A DNA stretch of 38,179 nucleotides from Methanomicrobiales archaeon (GTDB taxonomy: Archaea > Halobacteriota > Methanomicrobia > Methanomicrobiales > JACTUA01), in NCBI GenBank assembly GCA_028678665.1, contig JAJRDA010000002.1, positions 1 through 38,179 of the forward strand. The letters run 5' to 3'. How positions within the stretch are numbered: the stretch's first letter is position 1; the number at the start of each line of letters is the position of its first letter. The notes below the pieces were generated by a model. It was given only the letters and a program-made list of their open reading frames with translations, did not search any database and was not told the origin of the DNA. Below are positions 25,829-34,916 of this stretch, one piece after another. A program made the position numbers and the translations under genes.

Positions 25829-26470
25829 TCAGGTGGCGACCCGCATCTGGACGTCCACAGAGACCTGGTTTCCGGACAACTCGATGAAATAGTTCCCAGG
25901 TGACCGGACGGTCAGCCGCTTCTCAAAACCTACGTCATAGTCCCGGGCGAACCCATCCTCGGCCACGACCTGGGTGCTGCCCTGGGGTTTGACCTTGATC
26001 GTGAACCATGCATTGGGATCCGGGTAGGTGACCTTGACGGACTTCAGGCACAGATTGTACTCAGTGGGCTGGCACGTCACGTCCCGTACCGATGTGGTCC
26101 GGGTGATATTCACGGGCTTCACGGTGACGTCGATGAGGAGCGGCGGGTGATTCAGGGAGTATTCGAGGCCGGTGGTATTGCCTTTGAACGCGTATTCCTT
26201 GTGGTAGACCTCCACATAGGTCACCTGGTCGATGGTAGCGGGAGGCTCGGGAGTGATCGTGACGGTTTCAAACGTGACCTCCACCACCGTGCCCAGATCC
26301 GGCGTGGTGGGGACTGGGGTTCCCCCGGCCACAGTGGTCGCGTCCCAGAAGGGCTGGAAACCGGTACTGGTATTTGATCCGGAGGTCGGCCGCTGCCCGC
26401 AGCCGGCAGAAAGGAGGAGCAGGACGAGCAGGATCCCCGCAGATGCCGATATGAACGCACTCGCTCTCAT
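25829..26470 (-). CDS. Lipoprotein, unknown function
   Basis: MRASAFISASAGILLVLLLLSAGC is a signal peptide plus lipobox, followed by a Thr/Pro-rich linker and a beta-rich domain. Confidence 0.7.
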   Translation of the reverse strand: MRASAFISASAGILLVLLLLSAGCGQRPTSGSNTSTGFQPFWDATTVAGGTPVPTTPDLGTVVEVTFETVTITPEPPATIDQVTYVEVYHKEYAFKGNTTGLEYSLNHPPLLIDVTVKPVNITRTTSVRDVTCQPTEYNLCLKSVKVTYPDPNAWFTIKVKPQGSTQVVAEDGFARDYDVGFEKRLTVRSPGNYFIELSGNQVSVDVQMRVAT

Positions 26471-26493
26471 TGAAGAGAGATTATGAACCCCCC

Positions 26494-26503
26494 CTATTTA
26501 TCA
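26494..26503. promoter_or_regulatory. TATA-like element (CTATTTATCA) in a divergent intergenic region
   Basis: 23 nt upstream of the minus-strand ATG 26470. A second AT-rich element ACATATTAC (26541-26549) lies ~28 nt upstream of the manC ATG 26577. Confidence 0.4.
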
Positions 26504-26576
26504 ATTCTCTCCTCGCGGATCCGCGTACACGGGGAGCAATACATATTACGATGCCAAATCAATGCTCTATCATCTG

Positions 26577-27929
26577 ATGGACCCTACCTCCCTGATCCTG
26601 GCCGGCGGGATCGGTACCCGGCTCTGGCCCCTCTCCCGGCAGTTCTACCCCAAGCAGTTCCTGCAGCTGGACGGCAGGTCCCTCTTCCAGGAGACCTTCC
26701 GGCGAGCCTCTGCCCTCTCCGGCCCGGACCGGGTGCTTGTCGTGACCAACCACCTGCACCAGTACCTGGTCCGCAACCAGCTGGAGGAGATGGGATTCCG
26801 GATTCCCGGGGAGCACCTGCTCCAGGAACCGGAGGGAAAGAACACGCTCCCGGCCATCACCTGGGGGATGGACAGGGTGCGGGAGGAACAGGGAGAGGCC
26901 ACGGTGGCCATTTTTCCCTCGGATCACCTCCTGGGGGACGGGGCCATCGGGGAGATCCGGCAGGCTGCCCCGCTGGCAGGGGAGTACCTGGTCACCTTCG
27001 GCATCCCACCCACCCGGCCCCACACGGGATACGGGTATATCCGGCCGGGGAAGGCCCTCTCGCTGGGGTCCAGAGTGGCGGCCTTCCGGGAGAAGCCCGA
27101 CGGGCCGACGGCGGAACGGTACGTGAAGGAGGGATACCTCTGGAACTCCGGGATCTTTCTCCTCTCCACGAAGATCTTCTTCCGCGAGCTGGAGGCGCAC
27201 CAGCCGGACCTTGCCCGGGCGTTCCGCGGGGGTCAGCCGGACTACGCTTCCCTCCCTGCCATCTCCATTGATTATGGCCTGCTGGAGAAGTCCACCCGGG
27301 TGGCAGTGGTTCCCCTCCATGCCCCCTGGAGCGACCTCGGGGACTTCCAGGCCATTGCAGATGCACAGCCGCAGGATGAGAAGGGGAATGCCGGTACCGC
27401 GGAGTTCATTGACGCCGAGAACACCTTTGTCCGTGCCCCGGGAAAGCACGTGGGGGTGATCGGGACCCGGGACCTGGTGGTGGTCGATACCCCGGATGCC
27501 CTGCTGGTATGCCAACGGGCCATGACCGGGAGGGTACGGGACCTGGTCCAGCGGTACGAGGCACGTGGCGATCCCATCACGCAGTTCCACACCCAGGTCC
27601 ACCGGCCCTGGGGGTCCTACACCGTTCTCGAGGAGGGACCGGGATACAAGATCAAGCGGGTGACGGTGAACCCGGGGAAGAAGCTCTCCCTCCAGCTCCA
27701 CCGGCAGAGGAGCGAACACTGGATCGTCGTGGCCGGTACCGCGGAGATAGATCTCGGGGATCGAATACTGACCCTCTCGGCGAACGAGAGCACGTTTGTC
27801 CCCGCCGGCACCCGGCACCGCCTGGCCAACCCCATGGAGACCCCGCTGGAAGTGATCGAGGTCCAGAGCGGCGGGTACCTGGGCGAGGATGACATCGTCC
27901 GTTTCGACGACGAATACGGCAGGTCGTAA
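26577..27929 (+). CDS. manC: Mannose-1-phosphate guanylyltransferase / mannose-6-phosphate isomerase (type II PMI-GMP)
   Basis: MDPTSLILAGGIGTRLWPLSRQFYPKQF...; C-terminal cupin ...KRVTVNPGKKLSLQLHRQRSEHWIVV.G.A. Alternative ATG at 26562. Confidence 0.9.
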   Translation: MDPTSLILAGGIGTRLWPLSRQFYPKQFLQLDGRSLFQETFRRASALSGPDRVLVVTNHLHQYLVRNQLEEMGFRIPGEHLLQEPEGKNTLPAITWGMDRVREEQGEATVAIFPSDHLLGDGAIGEIRQAAPLAGEYLVTFGIPPTRPHTGYGYIRPGKALSLGSRVAAFREKPDGPTAERYVKEGYLWNSGIFLLSTKIFFRELEAHQPDLARAFRGGQPDYASLPAISIDYGLLEKSTRVAVVPLHAPWSDLGDFQAIADAQPQDEKGNAGTAEFIDAENTFVRAPGKHVGVIGTRDLVVVDTPDALLVCQRAMTGRVRDLVQRYEARGDPITQFHTQVHRPWGSYTVLEEGPGYKIKRVTVNPGKKLSLQLHRQRSEHWIVVAGTAEIDLGDRILTLSANESTFVPAGTRHRLANPMETPLEVIEVQSGGYLGEDDIVRFDDEYGRS

Positions 27930-28012
27930 AAGACGAAAAGGATAAAAATGTCGTTCCAGTCCGAATGAGGATACCTAGATGACGGGTGGTGATCGGTACG
28001 AAGGAGTCCGAT

Positions 28013-29155
28013 TCATTGGGTGTCATCCAGGGGGAGGGAACGCCAGGTCACATTCCGGTTTACCAGGTAGTTCCAGATAAAACCGGCAAGGATTCCCAGC
28101 AGGTTGGCCACCAGGTAGTAGATCCCGAAGATCTCTTTCCCTATGAAGAGCACGGCCATGTTCACGACAAGGCCGCCGAGAGAAACCGCCTCGAATGAGA
28201 GGAACCGGTAGATTCTCCTTCCCATCCGGTGCCCGGACTCCCCTCCAAAGGTCCAGAAGTCATTCAGGAGGAAGTTGGTGATAATTGAGGTCTCGATGGC
28301 CACGGCACTGGAGTACAGGTAGTAGAGGCCTGCCCGCTCGGTGAGCGCCCAGAGGATCCCGGTGTTCACGACGATTCCCGAAAGCCCTACCAGGGCGAAC
28401 CGTAGGATCTTCCGGAGTTCCCGCCAGGCAGGCCCCTCACGCCGGGAAAAGGCATGGGCCGAGATGTCCGCCACCTGGACAGCGTACGCGAGGATGGTGG
28501 TGAACGAGAGCTTGCTGGCCCCCTCCTTCCGGTTAGTGAAGGTATAGGGGATCTCCACTGCCCGCGTCCACCGGCCCTTGCCCAGCACCTCCATCAGGAT
28601 CTTGTAGCCCCGGGGCTGCAGCGGCGCCCCCTCCACCACCTCCCTCCTGACCGCGAAGAACCCGCTCACCGGATCCGTGATTTCGGGGAAGAGGATCCGG
28701 CCCAGCGCCGTGGCACCCAGGGAAATGATCCGCCGGGAGAGGGGCCACTCCCCGATGCCGCCCCCGGCCGTGTAGCGGCTGCCGATGACCACGTCGGCTC
28801 CCTCATGGATCTTCCGGAAAAACTCCGGGATCAGGGTGGTGGGGTGAGAGAAGTCGGCGTCGATGACCTGGATAACCGCCCCCCGTGCGTTCCGGAATCC
28901 CTCCACCACCGACTGGGAGAGGCCGGGATCGGCAGACCGGACCACCAGCCGGACGTGGGGGAGTTCCCGCTCCAGATCCCTGACAAGGGGGATTGTCCGG
29001 TCCGGAGAACTGTCATCCACGACAAGGATCTCGCCCCGAATGCTGTGATCGGCCAGGGTGCGGCTCACCTCCCGGACGATGGCCCCGATGTTCTCCTCCT
29101 CCCGGTAGGTGGGGATGATGACGGTCAGGTCCGGGGGAGCGGTGTCGGGGCTCAC
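28013..29155 (-). CDS. GT2 glycosyltransferase (dolichyl-phosphate mannose/glucose synthase-like) fused to a GtrA-like membrane domain
   Basis: GTG 29155 follows GGTGAGGGG. LTVIIPTYREEENI...VVDDSSPD...IDADFSH is the GT-A DxD pattern. C-terminal LRFALVGLSGIVVNTGILW...NFLLNDFWTF is GtrA-like. Track ORF upstream of 29155 is rejected. Confidence 0.87.
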   Translation of the reverse strand: MSPDTAPPDLTVIIPTYREEENIGAIVREVSRTLADHSIRGEILVVDDSSPDRTIPLVRDLERELPHVRLVVRSADPGLSQSVVEGFRNARGAVIQVIDADFSHPTTLIPEFFRKIHEGADVVIGSRYTAGGGIGEWPLSRRIISLGATALGRILFPEITDPVSGFFAVRREVVEGAPLQPRGYKILMEVLGKGRWTRAVEIPYTFTNRKEGASKLSFTTILAYAVQVADISAHAFSRREGPAWRELRKILRFALVGLSGIVVNTGILWALTERAGLYYLYSSAVAIETSIITNFLLNDFWTFGGESGHRMGRRIYRFLSFEAVSLGGLVVNMAVLFIGKEIFGIYYLVANLLGILAGFIWNYLVNRNVTWRSLPLDDTQ

Positions 29156-29165
29156 GGGGGACCCC

Positions 29166-30722
29166 TCACCCGGAAGGGAGCAGGAAGAGGTCGGGCCCGT
29201 ACTGGACAGCCTGGGCCATATCGGTGTGGGTTTCCAGCCACTGTACAACCGTTCCGGTGGGATCGGTAGACCAGATATCCAGAGTGACCACGTAGTAAAT
29301 ACGGTGACTCCCCGCAGACGCAGCGATATTCTCCAGCTCTCCGGTCGTGTATACCCCGTACAGGAGCGTTCCGTCCGTTTCATTCTGGTAATAGTACCCC
29401 AGAGGTTGCAGGATGTATCCCGGGAGCACCACCACCAGGTCGCCCGTTGACGTCTGCCCTGCCAGGTAGCCGGAGAATCCCCGCCAGTCAGTTTTCGGGG
29501 AGGTTGTGTAGTAGGAGGCAAAGAGCGGGAGAGAGGCCAGGAGGATCAGCAGCACAGCGGCGACGGCGAGGTACCGGATCCGGAGCCTCCTGCACAACGC
29601 CGGGAATGATGCGGCAACCCCCAGGAACAGGAACGGCTGCAGACAGATCAGGTAGCGGGGGTCCATGGGCATCCGGTAGGAGAGTACCACACTCACAAGG
29701 AGTGGCAGCACGAAGCCTGAAACGAGCAGGACCGCAAGGGCACGGTCACGGGAAGCGAACCATGCGACACCGACGATAAAGAACGCCAGCAGGACTATCG
29801 TGAGAAAGACGCTGTACCCCGGGATATCGTTGATACCGGAGGATATCCATACCAGGGTATCGGTGATCAGTTCGAGTCCCTGGACACCAAAGGTGGGTCC
29901 CCCCCCCGTCCGCTGGGAGAAGAGCTGGATCGTCGTGACGACGAGGGGCAGTGCCACGAGGAAGAAGACTCCGGTCGCTAGCAGCGGGGCCGCGGCTTCC
30001 TTCAGGTTCTTCGATATCACCCGAGCCCGGAACACGAAGGCCAGGAGGATCAGCACGCCCACCGGAACAAAGGCATAGAAGTGGGTCCAGAAGGCGAGAG
30101 CCGAGAAGGCTCCGAACGCGATCCAGTTACCGTACCCCCCCCTCCGGGTGGCCCGGAGGAAGAAGAGGAGGGCCAGGGAGAAGAAGAAGAGCATGGGTGC
30201 ATAGGCGCGGGCCTCCTGGGAATAGAACACATGGAAGGGAGAGAAGGCGAGGAGGGTGACCGCGATGAGGGAGGAGGGGCGGTCCAGCACTTCCCGGGCT
30301 GCGAGGTACATGACCACCAGCGTCAGGGAGCCGAGGAGCGCCGGGAGGAACCGCAGCACCGCCTCGCTCTCCCCAAAGGAGATCATCAGGTGCTCCATCC
30401 AGTAGAAGAGCGGCGGATTGAACTCCCCGGCGGCGGAAGTTCCCCATATCTCCAGGAGGCTCTCCCTCGCGAAGGTCAGCGTGGATGCCTCGTCAAGCCA
30501 GAGGGAGTACTTCCCAAGGTTCAGGAACCGGAGCAGGAATCCCGCCAGCACCACCCCGAGGAGGATCTGGAGCAGCCGCCGGGTGCGAAGGAGCTCCCAG
30601 GCTTTACCGGGATCGCGGAGCAGGGCAGAGAGCGGAACTCTCTCCCCTGCCGGATCCGGATCGCAATCATAGATCCCCTTTTCCGGGACCTTCGCGGCCT
30701 TCGCCTTTCCCTTCTTCCCCAT
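29166..30722 (-). CDS. GT-C family glycosyltransferase (ArnT/PMT-like, polyprenyl-phosphate-sugar dependent)
   Basis: More than 10 TM helices, an early-loop LWLDEAS motif and a C-terminal soluble domain. ATG 30722 lies 28 nt downstream of the TATA-like CTTTTTATAG. Confidence 0.83.
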   Translation of the reverse strand: MGKKGKAKAAKVPEKGIYDCDPDPAGERVPLSALLRDPGKAWELLRTRRLLQILLGVVLAGFLLRFLNLGKYSLWLDEASTLTFARESLLEIWGTSAAGEFNPPLFYWMEHLMISFGESEAVLRFLPALLGSLTLVVMYLAAREVLDRPSSLIAVTLLAFSPFHVFYSQEARAYAPMLFFFSLALLFFLRATRRGGYGNWIAFGAFSALAFWTHFYAFVPVGVLILLAFVFRARVISKNLKEAAAPLLATGVFFLVALPLVVTTIQLFSQRTGGGPTFGVQGLELITDTLVWISSGINDIPGYSVFLTIVLLAFFIVGVAWFASRDRALAVLLVSGFVLPLLVSVVLSYRMPMDPRYLICLQPFLFLGVAASFPALCRRLRIRYLAVAAVLLILLASLPLFASYYTTSPKTDWRGFSGYLAGQTSTGDLVVVLPGYILQPLGYYYQNETDGTLLYGVYTTGELENIAASAGSHRIYYVVTLDIWSTDPTGTVVQWLETHTDMAQAVQYGPDLFLLPSG

Positions 30723-30750
30723 CGGTATCACTAGTGGTAGGAGAGGGGGC

Positions 30751-30758
30751 TATAAAAA
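30751..30758 (-). promoter_or_regulatory. TATA-like box (TTTTTATA) for the GT-C/GT2 operon
   Basis: 28 nt upstream of ATG 30722, with no SD. Confidence 0.45.
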
Positions 30759-30840
30759 GGGATGCGGAAGGAGGGAAGGTGGGATCGGAACCAGATCTCA
30801 AGCCATCGGAACCCCACGGCTTCCCGAAACCTGCAGTATC

Positions 30841-32022
30841 TCAAACCGTGTACGCGTTGATGACCCCGTGGTACACGTCCGCTGCCTGTTCCAGGGCCCG
30901 GACCGGGACCCGCTCGTCCACGCCGTGCAGGGTGGCGAGGTCCCCCGGCCCGTACTCCACCACCCGGAACCCTGCGGCCCGGAGATGCTTGGCATCGCTG
31001 GCCGCCCACTGGACGATGGGGCGCGGCTCCCCGCCGTGGACCCGCCGGATTTCGCGGGACAGAATCCCAACCAGGGCCACGTCAGGGGGGGTGAAGTTCG
31101 GCTCCGACCAGGCCAGCACCTCCACACCGGCCCTCCTGGCCCGGGCACGGAGGGATGCGAGCACCTGCTCCACGGAGGCCCCGAAGGGAATCCGGAGCTC
31201 CAGCTCCAGGCTGCACCGGGCCGCCACGACGTTGGCCTTCTCCCCGCCTTCGATCCGGCCGGGATTGAAGGTGATCCGCTGCAGCACCTCTTTGGGATCC
31301 GCAAGACCGAAGATCTCTCCCAGCACCTCCGCAGAGACCTCCACGGACTCCCTGAGCGCCTCCGGCGGCGGGTAGACCTTCTCGTGGGCTTCCTTCAGGT
31401 ACTCCAGCAGGTCGAGGGCCTCCATCACCGCCGAGACGCCGACCCGGGGGTAGAGGGACCCGTGCCCGGGCTGGCCCCGGAACCGGAAGGCCAGCCGGAG
31501 GAGACCCTTCATGCCGATCACGGGGTTGAGCACCGGGGTGGGTTCCGCTACCAGGCAGTCGCAGGGCGGGATCAGGCCGGCATCCAGCACAGCCCGGATA
31601 CCCAGTTCCCCGCCGGTCTCCTCGTCCGCCACAAAGGCCAGGCTGACCGGCAGCTCCCTGCCCTTCTCCACGACGTCGGTTACCGCTGCCAGGATGGCAG
31701 CGCAGCCGCCCTTCATGTCGCTCGAACCCCTCCCGTACAGCATCCCGTCCCGGATCTCGCCGCCGAAGGGATCCACCGACCAATCCCCTTCCCCCGCAGG
31801 GACCACGTCAAGGTGGCCGCAGAGAAGGAGGCCCGCCGCGGGGCCGGGGGAGACCAGGCTCTCCCGGCCCCCGGGCTTCCGGATCGTGTGGGACCCGATG
31901 CCGAGGGCGTCCAGGTGCTCCCGGATGTAGGAGGCCGCATCAGTGGTATCGCCGGGCGGGTTCACGCTCCGGATCCGCACCAGGTCAGCGCAGATCCGGG
32001 CAGGGTGTGAGGGAGGTGCCAT
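30841..32022 (-). CDS. M20 family metallopeptidase/deacylase (ArgE/DapE-like)
   Basis: ...LLLCGHLDVVP...GRGSSDMKGG...FVADEETGG... are metal-binding motifs, followed by a dimerisation domain. ATG 32022 lies 10 nt after the upstream stop. Alternative ATG at 32055. Confidence 0.85.
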   Translation of the reverse strand: MAPPSHPARICADLVRIRSVNPPGDTTDAASYIREHLDALGIGSHTIRKPGGRESLVSPGPAAGLLLCGHLDVVPAGEGDWSVDPFGGEIRDGMLYGRGSSDMKGGCAAILAAVTDVVEKGRELPVSLAFVADEETGGELGIRAVLDAGLIPPCDCLVAEPTPVLNPVIGMKGLLRLAFRFRGQPGHGSLYPRVGVSAVMEALDLLEYLKEAHEKVYPPPEALRESVEVSAEVLGEIFGLADPKEVLQRITFNPGRIEGGEKANVVAARCSLELELRIPFGASVEQVLASLRARARRAGVEVLAWSEPNFTPPDVALVGILSREIRRVHGGEPRPIVQWAASDAKHLRAAGFRVVEYGPGDLATLHGVDERVPVRALEQAADVYHGVINAYTV

Positions 32023-32032
32023 GCGAAAGATC

Positions 32033-32542
32033 TCAGCAGGTCTTCGCGTACTCATCGAAGAGTCTGGCCAGGGATGCGTCCAGGTACAGGGTTTTTAAAA
32101 AATTCCGGTCAAAGAGCTCCTCGATGGCGTCGTAGAAGAAGCGGGCCGGGATCGGGGCATTGCTGTCGGGATCCAGCACGATCCGGAAGGATCGGTAGCC
32201 GGCCGGGTCCTCGGTATCATAGATGTCCCGCCACATCATGGGCAGGTCATTGTACCGATCCTCATCCCGGGTCTTCAGCCAGTTGATGAAGCCGGGGAAC
32301 TTCGGGCGGTCCCCCTTCTGCTCCTCGTCAATGCGCCAGCGCAGATACTCCCGGGCCATCTCGTTCTTCACCGAGAGGAAGTTGAAGGCCATCGTGCCCA
32401 GGGTATAGTCCAGATGGGCGACGGCATCCATGAAGTAGAAGCGGAGTACCGGGTGAAAGGTTGAGGTGTCTTCGAGGATCAGGCTCTTGCCGTAGAGGTG
32501 ACGGAGCACCTGGAAATATTCACTGATCTCCTGCATCACCAC
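32033..32542 (-). CDS. Hypothetical protein (169 aa), no family recognised
   Basis: Clean ORF in operon context between moaA and the M20 gene. Visibly more A/T-rich than its flanks. Trp/Tyr/Phe/Asp-rich soluble protein. Confidence 0.6.
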   Translation of the reverse strand: MVMQEISEYFQVLRHLYGKSLILEDTSTFHPVLRFYFMDAVAHLDYTLGTMAFNFLSVKNEMAREYLRWRIDEEQKGDRPKFPGFINWLKTRDEDRYNDLPMMWRDIYDTEDPAGYRSFRIVLDPDSNAPIPARFFYDAIEELFDRNFLKTLYLDASLARLFDEYAKTC

Positions 32543-32596
32543 AGCATGGGGCTGGAGGGAGGAAAAACATTGCCGGGTGCGGGAAGGTTCCCTCCC

Positions 32597-33472
32597 CTAC
32601 CGGTAGAAAGGCTCCCGGCGCCGCACCGCCTCGCAGAAGAGGGCCTCCAGCTCGGCTCCGGACTTCCCCCGGATATCCAGGTGATTGTCGCTGCGCAGCA
32701 GGCAGGGCTTCAGCTTGCCGTCGGAGGTGATCCGGAGCCGGTTGCAGAAGTCGAAGAACTCGGTGTTGTGGAGGGGCCGCACAACCTCCACCTCGGCCCC
32801 GTCCAGGCAGTACTTCTTCCGGTGGTGCATCCGGCGGGTGAGCACCTGGCGGGACCGGGACGCCAGATCCTCTTCCACCCGGTCGATGTCCCCGTGGGAG
32901 GAACAGCGGTTGAACTCCAGGAGCTCGATCAGCTGCAGGATCAGGTTCCGGTTCCCCCGGACATAGGCGAGGAAGTCCTCCACCTCGTCCTCGTTGATAC
33001 CGGAGAGCAGTACCATGTTCAGCTTGATGGGGGTAAGCCCGGCCTCCTCGGCGGCCTGGATGCCGGCCAGCACGTCGCCCAGGAGATCGCTCCCCGTGAT
33101 CTTCCGGTACCGGTCCCGCCGCAGGCTGTCCAGGCTCACGTTCACCCGGGAGAGTCCGGCCTCCTTCAGCCCGCGGGCCCGGTCGGCGAGGAGCGTCGCA
33201 TTGGTGGTGAGGGAGCTCTCGATCCCCGGGGGCACCGCCGCAATGATCTCGGGGAGGTCCTCCCGGAGGAGGGGCTCCCCGCCCGTGAACTTCACGGACC
33301 GGATCCCGAACTTCCCGGCGACCCGGAGGATCTCAGCGATCTCGCCGGCGGTGAGTTCCTGCGCCGGTGCCTTTTCCCCCTCGGCATGGCAGTAGGTGCA
33401 CCGGAGGTTGCAGCGCGCGGTGAGGGCGATCCGCAGGTTGGTGAACGGTCTCCCGTAGGTATCCGCTAGCAC
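32597..33472 (-). CDS. moaA: GTP 3',8-cyclase (radical SAM, molybdenum cofactor biosynthesis protein A)
   Basis: ...LRIALTARCNLRCTYCH... is the CxxxCxxC motif. ...KFTGGEPLLR... and C-terminal ...FCNRLRITSDGKLKPCL are also present. Start is likely GTG 33472 (overlaps the rlmE stop); the track start is 33514. Confidence 0.9.
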   Translation of the reverse strand: MLADTYGRPFTNLRIALTARCNLRCTYCHAEGEKAPAQELTAGEIAEILRVAGKFGIRSVKFTGGEPLLREDLPEIIAAVPPGIESSLTTNATLLADRARGLKEAGLSRVNVSLDSLRRDRYRKITGSDLLGDVLAGIQAAEEAGLTPIKLNMVLLSGINEDEVEDFLAYVRGNRNLILQLIELLEFNRCSSHGDIDRVEEDLASRSRQVLTRRMHHRKKYCLDGAEVEVVRPLHNTEFFDFCNRLRITSDGKLKPCLLRSDNHLDIRGKSGAELEALFCEAVRRREPFYR

Positions 33473-34089
33473 GGTTCCCTGCCCCCGAGAAAATGCCTGG
33501 CCACGATGTAGCACTCGCGGCTCCCCTTCCGGGTGGCCGAGGGGCGGAAGACCCGGACGGACCGGAAGTGCCGCCTCACCTCAGCCAGGAACTCCTCGAA
33601 GAGGTCCCCCTGGAAGGTCTTCACCACGAAATTGCCACCCCGGGTGAGGAGTGTCATGGCGAGGGCCAGGGCTTCCTCTCCCAGGGCGACGGCCCTCGCC
33701 TGGTCGTAGTCACGATGCCCCGAGAGCTTCGGGGCGGCGTCCGAGAGGACCACGGAAGCAGCCGGGAGGATCTCCCGGATCCGGTCCTGCGTCACCCGCT
33801 CGCTGAAGTCGCCCACGAGGAGGGTTGCCCCTTCCACGGGAGCCACGGGCTGCAGGTCCACCCCCACCACCGGCCCGCGGGTGAGCGTGGTGAGCACCTG
33901 GAGCCAGGAGCCGGGTGCCGCCCCCAGGTCCAGGACCGCGTCGCCTTCCCGGACCACGCGGTGGCGCTCCTGGATCTCCCGCAGCTTGTACGCGGCGCGG
34001 GACCGGTACCCCTCCTGCGCCGCGCGCCGGTGCAGGCGGTCACCCGCCCACCGGGGGTTCGGCACTACCGGACCACCGCCTCTCCACAC
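33466..34089 (-). CDS. rlmE: 23S rRNA 2'-O-ribose methyltransferase RlmE/FtsJ
   Basis: ...QEGYRSRAAYKLREI...VLDLGAAPGSWLQV...VLSDAAPKLSG...FVVKTFQG... . Start codon is uncertain (GTG 34089; no in-frame ATG nearby). Confidence 0.86.
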   Translation of the reverse strand: MWRGGGPVVPNPRWAGDRLHRRAAQEGYRSRAAYKLREIQERHRVVREGDAVLDLGAAPGSWLQVLTTLTRGPVVGVDLQPVAPVEGATLLVGDFSERVTQDRIREILPAASVVLSDAAPKLSGHRDYDQARAVALGEEALALAMTLLTRGGNFVVKTFQGDLFEEFLAEVRRHFRSVRVFRPSATRKGSRECYIVARHFLGGREPC

Positions 34090-34120
34090 CCCACGGGACC
34101 ATACCCTCCCCTGTCCATAT

Positions 34121-34145
34121 CATTTAAAATATGCTTATATAGATA
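34121..34145. promoter_or_regulatory. AT-rich divergent promoter region (TATA-like ATTTAAAAT and CTTATATAG) between rlmE and pcn
   Basis: It is the only strongly AT-rich stretch in this gap. The elements lie ~25-35 nt from the two divergent starts. Confidence 0.5.
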
Positions 34146-34172
34146 CTAATAGAGCTTGTTACGAGGTTGTTG

Positions 34173-34916
34173 ATGTTCAAGGCTGCCATCGATGCGGACA
34201 TCTTCAGGGAGGCGATTGATGCGATCGCGGCGCTGGTCACCGAGTGCCGGCTGCACGCGGACCAGAACGGGATCCGGACCCGTGCCGTGGATACCGCCAA
34301 CGTGGCCATGGTCTCTATGGACCTGAAGAAGGACGCATTCAAGTCCTTTTCTGCCACCAAGGACGAACTGGGGATTGATATTGCAAAGATGAAGAACATC
34401 CTGGGCATGGTCAGCAAGGGGGACCTCATGAACATGGCGCTCCCCGAGGCGGGCCACAAGCTGGAGATGGCGTTCCAGAACTACAAATATTCCATCACCC
34501 TGCTGGACGTGAACACGATCCGGAAGGACCCCAACCCGCCCACCATCGAGCTCCCGGGAAAGATCGTGATCACGGGGGAAGCCCTGAACTCGGCCATCCG
34601 GGCTGCGTCGGTGGTTTCAGACAAGATCGCCCTTGGCATTGACCCCAAGGCCCAGAAGTTCTTCATGGTGGCTGAGGGCGACACCGACCATATCCGCCTG
34701 GAGCTTGGCAGGGATGAACTGGTCTCCCTCTCGCCCGTTGAGGCGCGCTCGCTCTTCTCCCTGGACTACCTGAAGGACATGGGAAAGGTGATGGCGAGGG
34801 CACCTCAGGTCGAGATCGCGCTCGGTATCGACCACCCGGTGAAATTCTCCTTCCCCATCGCGGAGGGTGCCGGGAGGGTGGAGTACCTGCTCGCGCCCCG
34901 CATCGAGGCTGAGTGA
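34173..34916 (+). CDS. pcn: DNA polymerase sliding clamp (PCNA)
   Basis: MFKAAIDADIFREAIDAIAALV...; ~247 aa; C-terminal ...YLLAPRIE is typical of archaeal PCNA. SD GAGGT lies upstream of ATG 34173. Confidence 0.93.
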   Translation: MFKAAIDADIFREAIDAIAALVTECRLHADQNGIRTRAVDTANVAMVSMDLKKDAFKSFSATKDELGIDIAKMKNILGMVSKGDLMNMALPEAGHKLEMAFQNYKYSITLLDVNTIRKDPNPPTIELPGKIVITGEALNSAIRAASVVSDKIALGIDPKAQKFFMVAEGDTDHIRLELGRDELVSLSPVEARSLFSLDYLKDMGKVMARAPQVEIALGIDHPVKFSFPIAEGAGRVEYLLAPRIEAE

